A stretch of DNA of 64,000 nucleotides from the human T2T-CHM13v2.0 reference genome, Homo sapiens: the NCBI RefSeq assembly GCF_009914755.1, contig NC_060926.1. One strand, 5' to 3'. Below, in pieces: positions 54,897-64,000 of this stretch. A program made the position numbers and the translations under genes. Under the pieces are notes generated by a model that was not told the origin of the DNA, made no database searches, and saw only the letters and a program-made list of their open reading frames with translations. Within the stretch, counting starts at the first letter, position 1. Every line of letters begins with the position of its first letter.

Positions 54897-57336
54897 TGCA
54901 GCTGTTTCCGAGGGCTGCTGTACCAACCTGCCACAAACCCGGAGGCAGATAGGAACAGACTTATTCTTGCACAGCCTGGAGGCCGGAGTCTGAGATCAGG
55001 CATTGCCTGGTCCTCCTGGGGCTCTGAGGGGAGCCTGTTCCGTGCCTCTCTCCCATTTCTGTTGGCCTTGGCAGCCTGTGGCGATCCGTGGCCAGTACAC
55101 ATCACTCCAGTCTCAGCCTTCCCCGCACAGGGCCTTCTCCTCCATGTGTCTCCGTGTGTATCTCTGTGTGTGTCTCTGTGTGTGTGTTTCTGTGTCTCTG
55201 TGTGTCTCTGTGTATGTCTCTGTGTGTGGGTCTCTGTGTGTATGTGTCTATGTATGTGTGTCTGTGTGTCTCTGTGTGTGTGTGTCTCTGTGTGTGTCTA
55301 TATATGTGTGTCTGTGTGTGTCTCTGTGTGTGTGTCTGTGTGTGTCTCTGTGTGTGTCTCTGTGTGTATGTGTCTATATATGTGTGTCTGTGTGTGTGTC
55401 TCTGTGTGTGTCTATGATGTGTGTCTGTGTGTGTTTCTGTGTGTGTCTTTGTGTGTGCCTGTGTGTGTGTGTCTATGATGTGTGTCTATGTGCATGTATG
55501 TGATATGTCTATGTGTGTGTGTCTGTGCGTCTGTATGTGTATCTATGATATGAATCTGTGTATGTCTGTGTGTGTTTATGATGTGTGTCTGTGTGTCTCT
55601 GTGTGTGCCTGTGTGTCTATATGTGTCTGCATGTCTGTGTGTATCTCTGATGTATATTTATGTGTGTGTTTGTGTATGTCTGTGTGTATGTCTGCATGTG
55701 TTTCTGTGTGTGTCTCTGTGTGTGTCTGTGTCTATAATGTGTGTCTGTGTGTCTTTGTGTATGTGCCTATGTGTGTCTGTGTGTGTCTTTGTGTGTGTGT
55801 CTCTGTGTGTATGTCTGTGTGTGTCTCTGCATGTGTGCCTGTGTGTGTCTATAATGTGTGTCTGTGTGTATCTCTGTGTGTGTGTCTGTGTGTGTGTGTC
55901 TATGATGGGAGTGTGTATCTGTGTGTGTGTCTCTGTGTGTATGTCTATGATGGGTGTGTGTATCTCTGTGTGTGTGTCTCTGTGTGTGTGTCTATGATGG
56001 GTGTGTGTGTCTCTGTGTGTATCTGTGTGTGTGTGTCTCTGTGTGTGTCTATGATGGGTGTCTGTGTGTATCTCTGTGTGCATGTCTATGATGGGTGTCT
56101 GTGTGTGTCTATGATGGGTGTCTGTGTGTGTCTCTGTGTGTGTGTGTCTGTGTGTGTCTCTGTGTGTGTGTCTGTGTGTGTGTGTCTCTGTGTGTATGTG
56201 TCTATGTATGTGTGTCTGTGTGTGTGTCTCTGTCTGTGTCTCTGTGTGTGTCTATGATGTGTGTCTGTGTGTGTTTCTATGTGTGTCTTTGTGTGTGCCT
56301 GTGTGTGTGTCTATGATGTGTGTCTATGTGCATATATGTGATATGTCTGTGTGTGTGTCTGTGTCTGTATGTGTATCTATGATGTGAGTCTGTGTATGTC
56401 TGTGTGTGTTTATGATGTGTGTCTCTGTGTGTGCCTGTGTGTCTATATGTGTCTGTGTGTGTCTCTGATGTATATCTATTTATGTGTGTGTTTGTGTATG
56501 TCTGTGTGTATGTCTGCCTGTGTTTCTGTGTGTGTCTCTGTGTGTGTCTGTGTCTATAATGTGTGTCTATGTGTGTCTTTGTGTATGTGCCTATGTGTGT
56601 CTGTGTGTGTCTTTGTGTGTGTGTCTCTGTGTGTATGTCTGTGTGTGTGTGTCTGTGTGTGTCTCTGCATGTGTGCCTGTGTGTGTCTATAATGTGTGTC
56701 TGTGTGTATCTCTGTGTGTGTGTCTCTGTGTGTGTGTCTATGATGGGTGTGTGTACCTCTGTGTGTCTCTGTGTGTATGTCTATGATGGGTGTGTGTATC
56801 TCTGTGTGTGTGTCTCTGTGTGTGTGTCTATGATGGGTGTGTTTGTCTCTGTGTGTGTCTATGATGGGTGTCTGTGTGTATCTCTGTGTGCACGTCTATG
56901 ATGGGTGTCTGTGTGTGTCTCTGTGTGTGTGTTTCTGTGTGTGTCTCTGTGTGTGTCTGTGATGGGTGTCTGTGTGTATCTCTGTGTGTGTGTATCTTTG
57001 TGTGTCTATGATGGGTGTGTGTATCTCTGTGTGTGTGTCTCTGTGTGTCTATGATGGGTGTCTGTGTGTGTCTCTGTGTGTGTGTCTATGATGGGTGTCT
57101 CTGTGTGTCTCTGTGTGTGTGTCTCTGTATGTGTGTCTATGATGGGTGTCTGTGTGTGTCTATGTGTGTCTGTGTGTCTTTGATCTTTCTTATAAGGACA
57201 CACTCATTGGATTCAGACCCTCCTAATCCAATATGACCTCATCTTAACTAACTACATCTGCCGAGACCCTATTTCCAAATAAAGTCCCATTCTGAGGTTC
57301 TGGGTAGCCACAAATTTGGGGGAAACCTATTCCACA
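54897..57336 (-). mobile_element. MLT1B/C-like LTR split by a 2-kb microsatellite expansion
   Basis: Left part GGGCTGCTGTACCAA..CCACAAAC..CTGGAGGCCGGAGTCTGAGATCAGG; right part CTTATAAGGACAC..CATTGGATT..ACATCTGC..GACCCTATTTCCAAATAA. Confidence 0.85.
55145..57180. repeat. Complex (TG/TC/TA) low-complexity tandem repeat, ~2 kb, with ~830-bp higher-order duplication
   Basis: Landmarks GTGCAT.TATGTGATATGTCT at ~55489/56328 and TCTATAATGTGTGTCT at ~55731/56554; recurrent TCTATGATGGGTG subunit. Confidence 0.95.
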
Positions 57337-58081
57337 AGAAAGAACTGTTTCCTCATCCTCCCAAGCTGCCTGCTTTGTTTCCAAACCTCAGATTTGCTGG
57401 CAGCATCAGGAGTGAGCCTCTCTCTCCCCACCTCCCCTACCTCCCAGGGCCCCTCCTGTCCCCCCTCCTGTCCCCAAGCACAGAGTAGGGACTTCTCTGC
57501 TGGGTGGCCCTGGAGTCCAGGCCGGCATGGGGGACTTCTTCTGACCACACTTACTCTCCAGGGTCAGGGTCCAGAGCCTCGGGCCTTAGGAAGGGCGTCT
57601 GGGGTCACGGCTCTGGGCCCCGGGTCTCAGAGACCTCTCGTCGGGGGTGGCCATGAAGCAGGCCTGGACCCTCTGAATCTCTGGCTGGGTGAAAGTCAGC
57701 CCTCCGGACCCACATCTGCCCAGAGGTAGGCTTCCATTTTGGCCAGTAGAGGCGGGAGGGGGAGAGGGAAGGAATTGGAGGCCTGATTGTGCCACCTTCT
57801 CCCATCATGCAGTAATAGGTTGGATACTGTGGTCTCTGTTGACCTGGGACGCCCATTTCTCCCTTGGCCACCACCCATGCAAGGAGGGGATGAGATCTGT
57901 GCTTTGAAGCCCCAACTGTCGGGATCTCATCCACCCTCCTTTAGTTGATGGGAGAGTTCTAGATTTGTTGTTACTCTTTGCCTGAAGGTAGAGAACTCAG
58001 CACTTTTGGGCGGCGTAGGGTCCCTAAATACACCTGGGGTGGCCCATCTGGTGCTCTCCTGGGAACCGGATTTGCCCTGCT

Positions 58082-58152
58082 GGCTTCTCACACAGTCCAC
58101 ACCAAAGCTGCTCTGCCGGCTTCTCACACGGTCCACACCAAAGCTGCTCTCC
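58082..58152 (+). repeat. Tandem duplication, 36-bp unit x2
   Basis: GGCTTCTCACAC.GTCCACACCAAAGCTGCTCT at 58082 and 58118. Confidence 0.93.
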
Positions 58153-58866
58153 TCGGCCCTGCTGAGGCTGCACCTGCAACTGTGGGGTCTACATGGCCAT
58201 GGACGGCACAAAGAGGCCCTTTCCAAGCCCCCAGTCTCCTTCTCAATGTGGTGGAGACTCCAGACTTCTGAGGTTCCCCGACACCTGCTCAGGCCATGGG
58301 GTCTCTGTAATTCCCGAAACCACTTGCAAATGGCTTTCTAATTCTGACTATTATGGTTGGGTCAGAGTCGTTTTGTCTTCTTGATATCCGCCCCTGGCTT
58401 GTCAAAGCCGCCTCCCCCAGAAGCCCCATTTCAGAGCCAGTGCTCCTTCATCCTCTGCTTTCTTTGAGGAGTGGCCTATCCTGTCTCAGATTTTAGGCAG
58501 TTGCAGGCGCTGAGCGATACCTTCCGAGGAGACACATGACTGGCAAGAGTGACAAGGGGTCTATAAATTCTCTTGTCACAAGAGCCAGAAAAAAAAAACC
58601 CTTTAATCCAAAGAGGTATGTGTATGATAATTAACATTTTTAAAACAAAAGAATATCACAGACGCTGACAGGAGTGACAGACAAGGGGAGCGCAGCCCTG
58701 TCTCCTCTCAGCTCCTCACACACTGGGGCCATCGCAGGCCCCTCCCCAACACTGTGCAAGAAATCAATTTTACATGAATTACAGGGAGATACAGAAGGAA
58801 AGGCTATAAATACTTTAGAAAACAATATAGGGGAATATGTTCATGCTTTAGAAATAACAAAGACTT

Positions 58867-59182
<316 letters not shown>

Positions 59183-59730
59183 CTAGCAATGGTCATCTTT
59201 CTTTTTTGTTTTCTTTCTTTCTTTTTTTTTTCAGTAGACTAATAATTCTGCTAGAAACAACTAGGAAATCTGGACCCTATACAGAAAATTAATTGTGTGA
59301 AGGTGTTGGCGAGAACTGCCAGTCAATGAGGATTTGCCAGACTGAGAGCCCAGAGAAAGGGACATTTGGAAAGGCAGTTCTCCATTCTCCTCAAGACACA
59401 GAGGCCGAGTCTGAGAGTCTAAGCAGAGTTTCCAGCCATCTCACAGGACTAGCGGGGGAAAAATGGGTGTTCATCTTCTCAAAGAGGACTTAGGGGCAGG
59501 AGATTCAGTAAGCAATCCAGCATTTCAGGTGGGGCCCTCTGGAAGTGTGAGTACAACAGAAAGAACTAGATCAGCCCGTTTGGAGATGAAAGCTCACCTT
59601 CCAATCAGCTCAATCCCAGACTGGATTAGGATGATCTTTCCGAAGCAAACCCTCGTGCTTATCCAAGCAAAAGTAAATCCTAGCTGTAAGAAACTAAAGC
59701 CACCCAGAACTTCAATTTAACTCAGTCATT

Positions 59731-60950
<1,220 letters not shown>

Positions 60951-60959
60951 CTTAACTCA

Positions 60960-64000
<3,041 letters not shown>

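Noticed and set aside
55003-57236. Long Cys/Val-rich ORFs
   Set aside because: Translation of (TG)n low-complexity repeat.

Overview
Primate (human or ape-like) genomic DNA, judged from AluY/AluS, L1PA/L1PB, THE1/MST and MER elements. I recognise no protein-coding exon; the listed ORFs are repeat-derived or look random. The window alternates between GC-rich unique blocks (about 1-7300 and 33000-58700) and AT-rich stacks of nested retroelements (about 7300-33000 and 58700-64000). The only RNA-gene-derived feature is a full-length, decayed U3 snoRNA retrocopy (35690-35917) with a 3' extension, poly(A) and target-site duplication (TSD); an Alu sits in the same target site. The most notable structures are: a ~690-bp TIR-bounded element with a 9-10-bp TSD (Mutator/MuDR-like) splitting an L1MB; an inverted pair of 43-47-bp minisatellite arrays; a 45-bp minisatellite that contains a ~93-bp unique segment also found 2 kb away, duplicated as a 363-bp higher-order unit; a MaLR provirus whose two LTRs look like different subfamilies; a 2-kb microsatellite expansion inside an MLT1 LTR; and AT-rich islands dense in homeodomain/TCF motifs (candidate enhancers). 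Repeat subfamily names come from remembered consensus sequences and need RepeatMasker/Dfam confirmation. I found no evidence of a wholly new multi-gene system.
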